DNA of 64,000 bases from Dehalococcoidia bacterium. Lineage in GTDB: Bacteria > Chloroflexota > Dehalococcoidia > Lucifugimonadales > Australimonadaceae. The position numbers were made by a program, and so were the translations under genes. The DNA is taken from assembly GCA_965201135.1 (NCBI GenBank), contig OZ241751.1:1780248-1844247 (forward strand). Reading direction: 5' to 3'. Shown piece by piece: positions 1 through 7,158 of the stretch (position 1 is its first letter; each line of letters starts with the position of its first letter). Below the pieces are notes generated by a model. The model was given only the letters and a program-made list of their open reading frames with translations. It ran no database searches and was not told where the DNA came from.

Positions 1-392
1 TACGCGTCATCGCTCCCGCCCTTCGCCTCCGGCGGGCGCTCCTGCCCGTCCAGCAGGCGCAGCCGCCGCGCAAGCGACCCGACCGTGCTCCGCAGCGTCG
101 CGTAGTCCGTGTTCGGCGTCTCCTTCCGCGCGATGATCAGCACGTCCCACCCGGGCTGAAACGCGACGGTTCGGACGGCCTCCTTGAGCCGCCGCCGGAT
201 CTTGTTCCGGGCGACCGCCAGCCGCGAGACCTTCTTGCTGATGATGAACCCGAAGCGGGAGCGCGGCAGCGCGTTGGGGAGCGCGCGCATCACCAAGAGC
301 GGATGCGCCCGGGAGTCGGCGCGCTCGCGCAGCGCCTCGAAATCCTTCCGGCGGCGAAGCCGCCGCTCGCGGCTGAGCCCTTGCCCCGTCAT
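1..392 (-). CDS. rnpA: Ribonuclease P protein component (3' end at or beyond window edge)
   Basis: Hand translation from ATG at 392: MTGQGLSRERRLRRRKDFEALRERADSRAHPLLVMRALPN..RFGFIISKKVSRLAVARNKIRRRLKEAVR.. This is the basic RnpA motif, and the gene sits directly downstream of rpmH. It is absent from the ORF track because no stop falls inside the window. Track ORF 7..552 is a shadow frame. Confidence 0.85.
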   Translation of the reverse strand, partial: MTGQGLSRERRLRRRKDFEALRERADSRAHPLLVMRALPNALPRSRFGFIISKKVSRLAVARNKIRRRLKEAVRTVAFQPGWDVLIIARKETPNTDYATLRSTVGSLARRLRLLDGQERPPEAKGGSDDA

Positions 393-428
393 GCGGCGGC
401 GATTCCCGCAAGGCGAAACCCCTGCGCC

Positions 429-566
429 CTAGACCGCAAGGCGACGGCGGCCCTTGAGCCGCCTCGCGCTCAGCACGCGCCGCCCGCCCGGCGTATGCAT
501 GCGCGCCATGAACCCGTGCCGCCGCTGCCGGCGCCGCTTCTTCGGTTGCCAAGTCCGCTTAGGCAC
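429..566 (-). CDS. rpmH: 50S ribosomal protein L34
   Basis: GTG start at 566 inside track ORF 429..698. [45 protein letters not shown] matches the L34 signature (KRT.QP...HGF..RM....GR.VL..RR.KGR..L). Confidence 0.9.
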   Translation of the reverse strand: MPKRTWQPKKRRRQRRHGFMARMHTPGGRRVLSARRLKGRRRLAV

Positions 567-688
567 GTCCCCGCGACCCTCCGCTCGGGCGAAACGCCCA
601 ACGACAGAGTATAGCCCCGCGCCCCGCGTTCTGTCAAAGCGAGGCGCGTCGCTCCCCGCCGCCTGCGGCCGCGCAGGCGGGAACTCAA

Positions 689-873
689 CGGCGCGCAAGC
701 GCCGAATCCGCCTCTCCTAGAAGGGGAGAGGACGCCGCGAATGCGGCGGGAGAGGGTACTGCGGACGGGGCGCAGCCCCGTCATTCCTGCGTAGGCAGGA
801 ATCCAGTCGGCGCCCCGTCTCCAAGGATCCACCGGGGCCGCGTCATTCCCGCGTAGGCGGGAACCTACCCCCA
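689..873. repeat. Palindromic repeat mosaic (modules B-C-D-E-A, type II tail)
   Basis: Contains GGCGCGCAAGCGCC, CCTCTCC-TAGAA-GGGGAGAGG, ACGCCGCGAATGCGGCG, GGAGAGGGTACTGCGGACGGGGCGC..GCCCCGTC, and GTCATTCCTGCGTAGGCAGGAAT / GTCATTCCCGCGTAGGCGGGAAC. The same modules recur throughout the window. Confidence 0.9.
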
Positions 874-937
874 TTTGCGGCGCGACCCTCGCCCCCTTGA
901 CCGTGCCCGCGAAGCCGGAACCTATCCCGCCCCGCCT

Positions 938-2170
938 TCACGGGCGGGCGGGGCGAGGGGCGGGAGCGCCGGGGCGCTTGACGAGCGTCTCGCGGGCGCC
1001 GAAGAGCAGCAGAGCCGCCGCGATCAGCAGAACGGGCGCGTAGACGAGAAACGCGAGCCCCGCGCCGTAGCCCACGGCGAGTATGCCGCCGAGCAGCGGG
1101 CCGCTGATGGCGCCCACCTCCGCGAACGTCCGCCGCGCCGCCTGCAACCGCGCCCGCGCCGCGTCCGGCACCACGTCGTAGGTGGACGTCGCCACCGACC
1201 CAAGCGACAGCCCGTTCGAGAAGCCCATTAGCGCCGCTATCGCCGCAAGCCCCGCGAAGCCGTCCGTCATCGGAATGAACAGGAACGCGACGCCGGGAAT
1301 CGCCGTGCTCGGCACCGTCGCCCACTTGCGCCCAATCTTGTCGACGACGAATCCCGCCGGGAGGATCATCACCAGCGAGCCCGCCGTCATCACGGAAAAG
1401 AGGAAGCCGATCTCTCCGGACGAAAGGCCGATCTCGTCCGCGTAGACGGGCAGCACGCCCTGATACGACATCCGGTAGAGCATCATCGCCATCGTGGCGA
1501 ACACGAGCGCGAGGTAGGTCGTCCGCAGAGAAGGGTCTATTTGCAGGAAGAGGCTCTTCAGCCGGACGAGCCAGTTCCCGCCTTGCGCCTCGGGGCGCGC
1601 CGCGCTCCGCTCCGGCGCTTGCGAGTTCGGAATGAACAGCCCTAGCGCGAAAACGGCGGCGGCGAGCGCCGTGTAGATGACGAACACGAGCCGGAAGCCG
1701 ACCTCGTCGCCGATGAGCCCGCCGGCGAGCGCGCCGATTCCCATGCCGACGGAGTTGAACCCCATAAAGCCGCTCATCAGCCTGCCGCGCTGCTCCGGCT
1801 TCACGAGATCGACGCCGGCCACCTCGCGCCCCAGCATCCACCCGCTGTCGGCGGCGCCGGCGACGAACAGCGCGGCGAGCAGCGGCCACAGCCACGGCGT
1901 CACGACGCCCGCGAACACGGCGAGCGTGATGACGACGGGGCCGAACGTCACCGCCGGGCGCGTTCCGAACTTGTCGATGAGCGCTCCGCCGAGCGGCTGC
2001 CCGACGAGGCGCCCCGCCGCGAACGCCGTCACCGTCTGCGCCGCGATCCCTCCTTCGACGCCGAACTCGCCCGCGATGAGCGGAATGACGGGGAAGAGCA
2101 TGCCGTGCCCGACGCCCATGAGGATGGTCGTCAGGTAGAGCATCGTCAGCCCGCGCGCAATCCGGCCCAT
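938..2170 (-). CDS. MFS transporter
   Basis: 410-aa ORF with about 12 hydrophobic segments. It has an MFS loop-like motif GRLVGQPLGGALIDKFGTRP. The overlapping 455-aa ORF 843..2210 is an Arg/Gly-rich shadow. Confidence 0.8.
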   Translation of the reverse strand: MGRIARGLTMLYLTTILMGVGHGMLFPVIPLIAGEFGVEGGIAAQTVTAFAAGRLVGQPLGGALIDKFGTRPAVTFGPVVITLAVFAGVVTPWLWPLLAALFVAGAADSGWMLGREVAGVDLVKPEQRGRLMSGFMGFNSVGMGIGALAGGLIGDEVGFRLVFVIYTALAAAVFALGLFIPNSQAPERSAARPEAQGGNWLVRLKSLFLQIDPSLRTTYLALVFATMAMMLYRMSYQGVLPVYADEIGLSSGEIGFLFSVMTAGSLVMILPAGFVVDKIGRKWATVPSTAIPGVAFLFIPMTDGFAGLAAIAALMGFSNGLSLGSVATSTYDVVPDAARARLQAARRTFAEVGAISGPLLGGILAVGYGAGLAFLVYAPVLLIAAALLLFGARETLVKRPGAPAPRPARP

Positions 2171-2276
2171 CGAGCCCTCCCGCTCCGCCCGCCGGAGCCG
2201 CCTGCCTCACTATACGCGCATTGCTCCCTGCGCGGGCTCACGCACAGCCTCCGAACGCCCCGCCGCGCCCAGCGCC

Positions 2277-2575
2277 GTCATTCCCGCGTAGACGAGAATC
2301 TCGCCTCCATTTGAGACGCGCAAGCACCGAATCCCTCTCTCCCTAGAAGGGGAGAGGACGCCGCGAACGCGGCGGGAGAGGGTACTGCGGTCGGGGCGCG
2401 CCGCGTTGGGGTAGGTTCCCCCTTTGCGCGTAGGCGAGGCGCTCTCCGGTAGGTTCCCGCTTTCGCGGGAATGACGATGCGCCTGAGGATACGGGGAGAC
2501 AGGGCGCGACGCGCCCCGTCCTATGGCGCTTGCGCGCCGGAATGGATTCCTGCCTACCGCAGGAATGACGGCGTA
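2277..2575. repeat. Palindromic repeat mosaic
   Basis: Modules A, B, C, D and E, plus a reverse-oriented type II unit (GGTAGGTTCCCGCTTTCGCGGGAATGAC ... GGAATGGATTCCTGCCTACCGCAGGAATGAC). Confidence 0.9.
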
Positions 2576-2608
2576 GGGGGCGCTGTGCGGTGAGGTGAAG
2601 GGGGTAGG

Positions 2609-2732
2609 TTACGACCCCAACTTCGCGTCCGCGAACGCGGCGGCGTAGAGGCGCGCCTCATCCTCCGTCGCGCCGTCATTGATCTGTGACATGTACGCTT
2701 CCTCGTAGGCAGTCGCGTAAGTCGCCGCGTCC
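2609..2732 (-). pseudogene. Orphan duplicate of the 3' end of the lipoprotein gene at 4510..5943
   Basis: About 124 bp aligns with 4510..4633, with about 9 mismatches by eye. It would encode ..[40 protein letters not shown] versus ..[40 protein letters not shown]. Similarity stops abruptly upstream. Confidence 0.8.
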
Positions 2733-2774
2733 ACGTTGGAGCGCCTCCTGTGTGCTTGGCGCTCCGCGCCGACC

Positions 2775-3080
2775 GGATTCCCGCCTACGCGGGAATGACG
2801 GGGCAGGGGGTAGGTTCCCGCTTTCGCGGGAATGACGCGGCGCGTTGCGCCCCGTCCGCAGTACCCTCTCCCGCCGCGTTCGCGGCGTCCTCTCCCCTTC
2901 TAGGAGACCTTTGCATAACCCCTCACTACAGAGCCGGGGCGCCCCAATTCACTCCTAGCATTAAGAGGAATTGCGGGCCGCAACTGAGTTATGCAAAGGT
3001 CTCTTATAGGGAGAGGGGGAATTCGGCGCTTGCGCGCCTCAATAGGGGCGAGGTTCCCGCTTTTGCGGGAATGACGGGCA
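2775..3080. repeat. Palindromic repeat mosaic interrupted by a MITE
   Basis: Modules A (x3), E, D, C and B in reverse orientation. Module C is split by the element at 2904..3003. Confidence 0.9.
2904..3003. mobile_element. MITE (~100 bp) carrying the terminal inverted repeats of the IS5-family element
   Basis: GAGACCTTTGCATAACC ... GGTTATGCAAAGGTCTC-type ends (here GAGTTATGCAAAGGTCTC) are identical to the ends of the IS at 32424..33629. The AT-richer ~65-bp core has no ORF. It is flanked by the two halves of repeat module C (CCTCTCCCCTTCTAG | TTATAGGGAGAGG). Confidence 0.8.
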
Positions 3081-3119
3081 GGGGGCGTCGCGCCGCACCG
3101 TGCGCCCGCATCCCGCCCG

Positions 3120-3566
3120 CTAGGGGCGGAACGGGTTCTCCCCGATAATCCGTGCGCCGTGCGCTTCCCATAGGAACACAATGGCGGGAACGAACGCGAA
3201 CGCGAGCAGCATTGGCCCCGTTTCGAGCCACCAGCGGGCGGAGAACGCGATCATCGGAAGGACGAGCGGCAATGAGAACGCGCCCGCTAACGATAGCGTA
3301 AGCCGTCGTCGCTTGCTTACGACCGCGAGCAATCCGAACGCGGCGACGGGCAGCGGAATGACCCAGTAAAGCGCGAGGAAGAGGCGCTGGATGCCCAGGT
3401 CAGGGACGCCCCACCGCGCCATTACGTAGACCGCGGCGCTCCATCCGATGTAGAGCGACATGCCGATCGCCGCGCCTACGCAAGGGGAGCCGCGCAGCCG
3501 ACGCCCAACGAAGAGCGCGCCTGCGCCGCAGGCCGCCGCGCCTCCGAGAAGCAGCAGGGCCGCCAT
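3120..3566 (-). CDS. Hypothetical membrane protein (about 4 TM helices)
   Basis: 148 aa with four hydrophobic stretches. The start lies 10 nt downstream of the PLD-like gene stop on the same strand, so an operon is probable. No family recognised. Confidence 0.55.
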   Translation of the reverse strand: MAALLLLGGAAACGAGALFVGRRLRGSPCVGAAIGMSLYIGWSAAVYVMARWGVPDLGIQRLFLALYWVIPLPVAAFGLLAVVSKRRRLTLSLAGAFSLPLVLPMIAFSARWWLETGPMLLAFAFVPAIVFLWEAHGARIIGENPFRP

Positions 3567-3575
3567 AGCCGGCGC

Positions 3576-4367
3576 CTATCCTACGGCTGTCGCGTAGCAG
3601 GCGGGGCAAAGCGGTTTGGCGTAAGTCGTCGGGGCGGACGCGCCGCACTTGTGGCAGTGCTTTTCGCGGTAGTTGGGGTTCCTAAAGCGGCTCCACTCCG
3701 CATAGCAGCGCTCGCATAGCGGCTTGTCCGACGGAGCGTATTTGATGACCTTTCGGCAACGAACGCAGCGCCCGCGCTTCAGCAGCGTCTGCGCCCGCTT
3801 CAGCGCCCTTAGCGCCTTGCCCGGCGCCTCCGCTCTGATCCGGTCGAGCCTGTCTCGAACGGAACCGTCGCCTTGCGGCTCTCGCGGACTCTCCTCCGCG
3901 CGGGCGCGTCCGTCTTCGGTTGGCCGCTCGACGCGCTCGCCGAGTTTCGTAAGGCGAACCGCGTAGTCGCGCAGGGCCGCGTAGGCGGCGCCGCCGTTCA
4001 CCAGCATGCCGACGTCCATCGAGTTTCTGCTGGAGCGCTCCGTCAAGTTCATCGACGAAAGCAGCGCGGCGGACTCGTTGAGGTACAACTTCGCGTGGAG
4101 GTTCGGCAGCCGGTAGACCGTCGCGCCCGTTCCCATAAGCCACTCGTTGCCGTCGCCGCGCGAGTAGCCGTTGGGGTTGTAGATGGCGGTGACGCGAACT
4201 TTCCGCTCTATGGCGAACGTGATCTCGTTCTTGAGGTGCGTCCAGAACGCGTTGTAGGGCGAGACCAAGACGACGTACTTTTTCGCCTCTCTGATGAGGG
4301 CGAGCGCCGTCTGAGCGACGGCGTCGTCCGTGACCACGTGAATGCCTGATTCGTTGCTTGCGCCCAC
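3576..4367 (-). CDS. PLD/HKD-family nuclease-like protein with C-terminal double zinc ribbon
   Basis: It has a single HKD-type motif, PNLHAKLYLNESAALLSSMNLT. The C-terminal ~70 aa carries four CxxC pairs (CVRC..CERC, CHKC..CPAC). GC is somewhat lower than in neighbouring genes. Confidence 0.7.
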   Translation of the reverse strand: MGASNESGIHVVTDDAVAQTALALIREAKKYVVLVSPYNAFWTHLKNEITFAIERKVRVTAIYNPNGYSRGDGNEWLMGTGATVYRLPNLHAKLYLNESAALLSSMNLTERSSRNSMDVGMLVNGGAAYAALRDYAVRLTKLGERVERPTEDGRARAEESPREPQGDGSVRDRLDRIRAEAPGKALRALKRAQTLLKRGRCVRCRKVIKYAPSDKPLCERCYAEWSRFRNPNYREKHCHKCGASAPTTYAKPLCPACYATAVG

Positions 4368-4509
4368 CGGCTTGCGCCTCGCCTTGCTCCGGGCGGCGAT
4401 TATAGCCTACGCCCGCTGGCCGACGCGAGGAGGATCCCGCGCGGATTACCGCTTGCGTCGGAGTCCGCGCTCCATGGGAACGGCTCGCCGCCCTCCGCCC
4501 TCCTTGCGC

Positions 4510-5943
4510 CTACGACCCCAACTTCGCGTCCGCAAACGCGGCGGCGTAGAGGCGCGCCTCCTCCTCCGTCGCGCCGCCATTGATCTGCGACGTGTACGCT
4601 TCCTCGTAGGCCGCCGCGTAAGTCGCCGCCTCCTGATCCTCGCGCCCCGCGAGTTTCGCGTCGGCGTAGGACGAGGCGTAGATGTGCGCCCGGTCCTCCG
4701 ACCAGCCGGCGAGGACTTTCTGGTTGAAATAGATGCGATAATAATCCCAGGCGTAAGAGTCATGCGCGTCCTCTGCTAGCCCCTTTTCAGTGGCATAGTG
4801 GACGCCTCTGAAGTACGAATCGGCATTAAGGTATGCAGATTGATCAGAAAATCCAAGATCCACTTTCCCTAAGGCAAATATCCTAGCGTATTCATACGCA
4901 GCATACCCAGGGTTGTCCCAGCCCCTGCTCTCGGCTCTACTTAGCCCTCGGCCATAGGCATCGGCGTAGGCCGCCGCCCAGACGTAAATCTGGTGTTCCT
5001 CGGTGTAGCCTTGCTCAGGCTCCGCCCTCCAAACTGCCTCTTCGTAGCCTCTCCGGTACGCTACTCCGTAATTGATCCGCTGCAGAACGTTCTTAGAACG
5101 CGACCTCTCATAGCCGCGCACAGACGCATCGGCAAGGTTGGCCGCTTCTTCTTCCATGTTCCCACTGTAAATATATCCTGCATAGACCGAAGCGTAGACG
5201 TGAGCAGTTATTCCTGTCGCATCCGTTTGCGCGAAGGCGACCGCATAGGTTTCCTCGAACGATGCTTCGGTGGAGTCATTTTCGGATGAGAACGGCCACC
5301 AGCCGTTGCGCCGCGCCGCCTCGCTTGCGCGCCCCAGCGCATCCGCCAGCGGCAAAGGCGAATCGCCGACCACCGCCTCTGCGAAGGCTGCGGTGTAGTC
5401 CGCAAGAGCGGCTTTGTCGTCCTCTTCGGTGAAACCATTGCGGGCAGCGACAGCCGAATGGTAGACGACGCCGCTGGCATAGGCGCGAGCGTCGGCGTTG
5501 CCCAGCCTCAACGCTTTCGCATCCGCAAACGCGCCAGCGTAAGTCTCCGCGTCGCCATCCTCCAATCCTTCCGCGCCGGCATAGCCGAGCCCGGCGGTGT
5601 ACTCGGGAGGGCGTGGCGTAGGCGTGGGCGTCGCCGCAGGAGTCGGCGTTGCGGTGGGACGCGGCGTCGCAGTTGGGGTCGGCGTTGGCCGCGGCCGAGG
5701 AGTTGCGGTCGGGCGAGGCGTTGGGGTCGCGGTGGGAGACGGCGTTGCGGTTGGCGTCGCCGTTGGTCGCGGCGTCAAGGTAGGCGTTGCCGTCGGCTGC
5801 GGCGTAGGCGTGGGAGTGGGTTCCGCCGTTGGCGTGGGCGGCGGCGTAGCCGTCGGTTCGGGCGTAGGCGTAGGCGAGGCGCACCCCGCGACGATGATGA
5901 GCAGAACGGACAGACCGACGACGGCAAACGCTTTGCAAGCCAT
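4510..5943 (-). CDS. Lipoprotein with Pro/Thr-rich linker and Tyr/Ala-rich helical-repeat domain
   Basis: Start set at ATG 5943, with AGGAGG 5 nt upstream. [21 protein letters not shown] is a signal peptide plus lipobox. It is followed by a ~100-aa PT linker and then a ~330-aa domain with recurring ..YA..Y..A.. periodicity. The 3' two-thirds is visibly lower in GC. Confidence 0.75.
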   Translation of the reverse strand: MACKAFAVVGLSVLLIIVAGCASPTPTPEPTATPPPTPTAEPTPTPTPQPTATPTLTPRPTATPTATPSPTATPTPRPTATPRPRPTPTPTATPRPTATPTPAATPTPTPRPPEYTAGLGYAGAEGLEDGDAETYAGAFADAKALRLGNADARAYASGVVYHSAVAARNGFTEEDDKAALADYTAAFAEAVVGDSPLPLADALGRASEAARRNGWWPFSSENDSTEASFEETYAVAFAQTDATGITAHVYASVYAGYIYSGNMEEEAANLADASVRGYERSRSKNVLQRINYGVAYRRGYEEAVWRAEPEQGYTEEHQIYVWAAAYADAYGRGLSRAESRGWDNPGYAAYEYARIFALGKVDLGFSDQSAYLNADSYFRGVHYATEKGLAEDAHDSYAWDYYRIYFNQKVLAGWSEDRAHIYASSYADAKLAGREDQEAATYAAAYEEAYTSQINGGATEEEARLYAAAFADAKLGS

Positions 5944-5976
5944 AGAACCCTCCTGTGACACGGAGCGAAGGTGCTT

Positions 5977-6088
5977 GCAACATGTCTTCAGCCCGACGTG
6001 GCTCGACAGGAGGGCGCACGGCCCTCCGTCCGCGATAACCGAGCCACAAGCGTGCGCACGGGGCGCAGCAAGGCCTCAGACATGTTGC
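5977..6088. other. ~112-nt nested inverted-repeat (multi-stem) element in the divergent intergenic region
   Basis: Perfect 11-bp closing stem GCAACATGTCT (5977..5987) / AGACATGTTGC (6078..6088). Inner stems are GTGGCTCG (5998..6005) / CGAGCCAC (6040..6047), GGAGGGC/GCCCTCC and TGCGC/GCGCA. Confidence 0.5.
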
Positions 6089-6130
6089 GGAGCGTACTCT
6101 AGCAGGCGGGGCGGGGGATGGCAAGGGGGG

Positions 6131-6160
6131 TTGACAGGGAATGGCCAGATCAGGTAAGGT
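6131..6160 (+). promoter_or_regulatory. Sigma70-like promoter candidate for the HEPN-motif gene
   Basis: TTGACA (6131..6136), an 18-nt spacer, then TAAGGT (6155..6160). AGGAGG and the ATG at 6181 follow. Confidence 0.4.
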
Positions 6161-6180
6161 GATGGTAGGAGGCTTGGACG

Positions 6181-7089
6181 ATGCTGATCCGTGCGGAGTA
6201 CGTTGTCCGGTTGTCTACACCGATATACATCTGCCCCGACTTGGAGGGACCTGTCCCTTCGATAAAGTTCGACCGCCAGGGCTTCGCCGTTGAGATTAAC
6301 AGGTGGGGCTTCACAAGCCATCAGCCTATTCCTGACGGCGGCTTCGACCCTGGGGAAATGTCCGCTGTCAGCGTGAGGATAACAGGGGACGAACCTGGGG
6401 GGTTGACAATCAAGGCTTTGCCAAGCGACATCCAGGAGAAGTACGAGGGGGTGTTGATTGCCAGCCTCATGGAATTCGTGAATTGGGTTCGCATAAGAAC
6501 GCAACAAACGCACCTGAACAATCGGTTCCCTGTGCGGGAGTATGACGTTGTATTTTTCTCTGAAGAGGGAATTATATCTCAACAGCAAACCGTCAAAAAT
6601 CCTAGGCGCGGCGCTTTCTCGATGCACCCAGATAACTTCGTTGGTTCATTAGGGTCATGCGAATGGCAAGACATAGGCGAGTCGCTTCGCCAAGGCGGAC
6701 CGCCGCATAGCGTGGACACCTTGGTATATCAGGCCAAGGCTTTGCTCAGTGAAGGGTTCAATGGCCCTGCGCTGATCATTGCGGTCACTGCTCTTGAATA
6801 CTATTGCTGGAACGCGATTCCTGAAGATAAGCGATTCCGTAACACACATAAGGGGAAATCGCCGAAAGGGGTTAAAGAGTTATTTAAAACGCTAGTGGAG
6901 ATGATTGGCAAGGACGCCATGCTCCCCATCGACGGTAAGCTTATTGGGCAAATCATAGAACGCCGTAATGCCGTAACACATGGAAGGGAAGACGAATCCA
7001 CCCGGTCAGATATAAACTACATTATCCGCGCCATACGCGCAATTCGGAGGGAACGTTCCGGCGGTAAGCGTTCGGTGAAGCAGTCCTAG
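6181..7089 (+). CDS. Hypothetical protein with C-terminal HEPN-type (Rx4H) motif
   Basis: 302 aa, roughly 50% GC against about 70% surroundings. The C-terminal LIGQIIERRNAVTHGRE contains R-N-x3-H, the HEPN RNase signature, and is preceded by helical segments. The N-terminal ~170 aa is unrecognised. Confidence 0.7.
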   Translation: MLIRAEYVVRLSTPIYICPDLEGPVPSIKFDRQGFAVEINRWGFTSHQPIPDGGFDPGEMSAVSVRITGDEPGGLTIKALPSDIQEKYEGVLIASLMEFVNWVRIRTQQTHLNNRFPVREYDVVFFSEEGIISQQQTVKNPRRGAFSMHPDNFVGSLGSCEWQDIGESLRQGGPPHSVDTLVYQAKALLSEGFNGPALIIAVTALEYYCWNAIPEDKRFRNTHKGKSPKGVKELFKTLVEMIGKDAMLPIDGKLIGQIIERRNAVTHGREDESTRSDINYIIRAIRAIRRERSGGKRSVKQS

Positions 7090-7158
7090 TAACAGGGTGC
7101 TTTCGGTGCTTGCGCGCCGCTGGGTTCCTGCCTACGCGGGAATGACGGTAGAGAGCCC

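Noticed and set aside
7-552. 181-aa minus-strand ORF at the left edge
   Set aside because: Its Ala/Arg/Gly-rich composition is typical of an off-frame high-GC shadow. Another frame on the same strand gives a clean RnpA sequence, and rpmH occupies 429..566.
843-2210. 455-aa ORF overlapping the MFS transporter gene
   Set aside because: It is on the same strand in a different frame, is extremely Arg/Gly/Asp-rich and has no membrane segments or motifs. The MFS frame is far more protein-like.
5597-6157. 186-aa Gly/Val-rich plus-strand ORF, and the 282-aa ORF at 5276..6124
   Set aside because: They are mirror or alternative frames of the Pro/Thr linker of the lipoprotein gene; the antisense of (ACN CCN)n reads as GV repeats. 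They are not independent genes. The same applies to 51299..52198 and 51757..52305 at the second lipoprotein.
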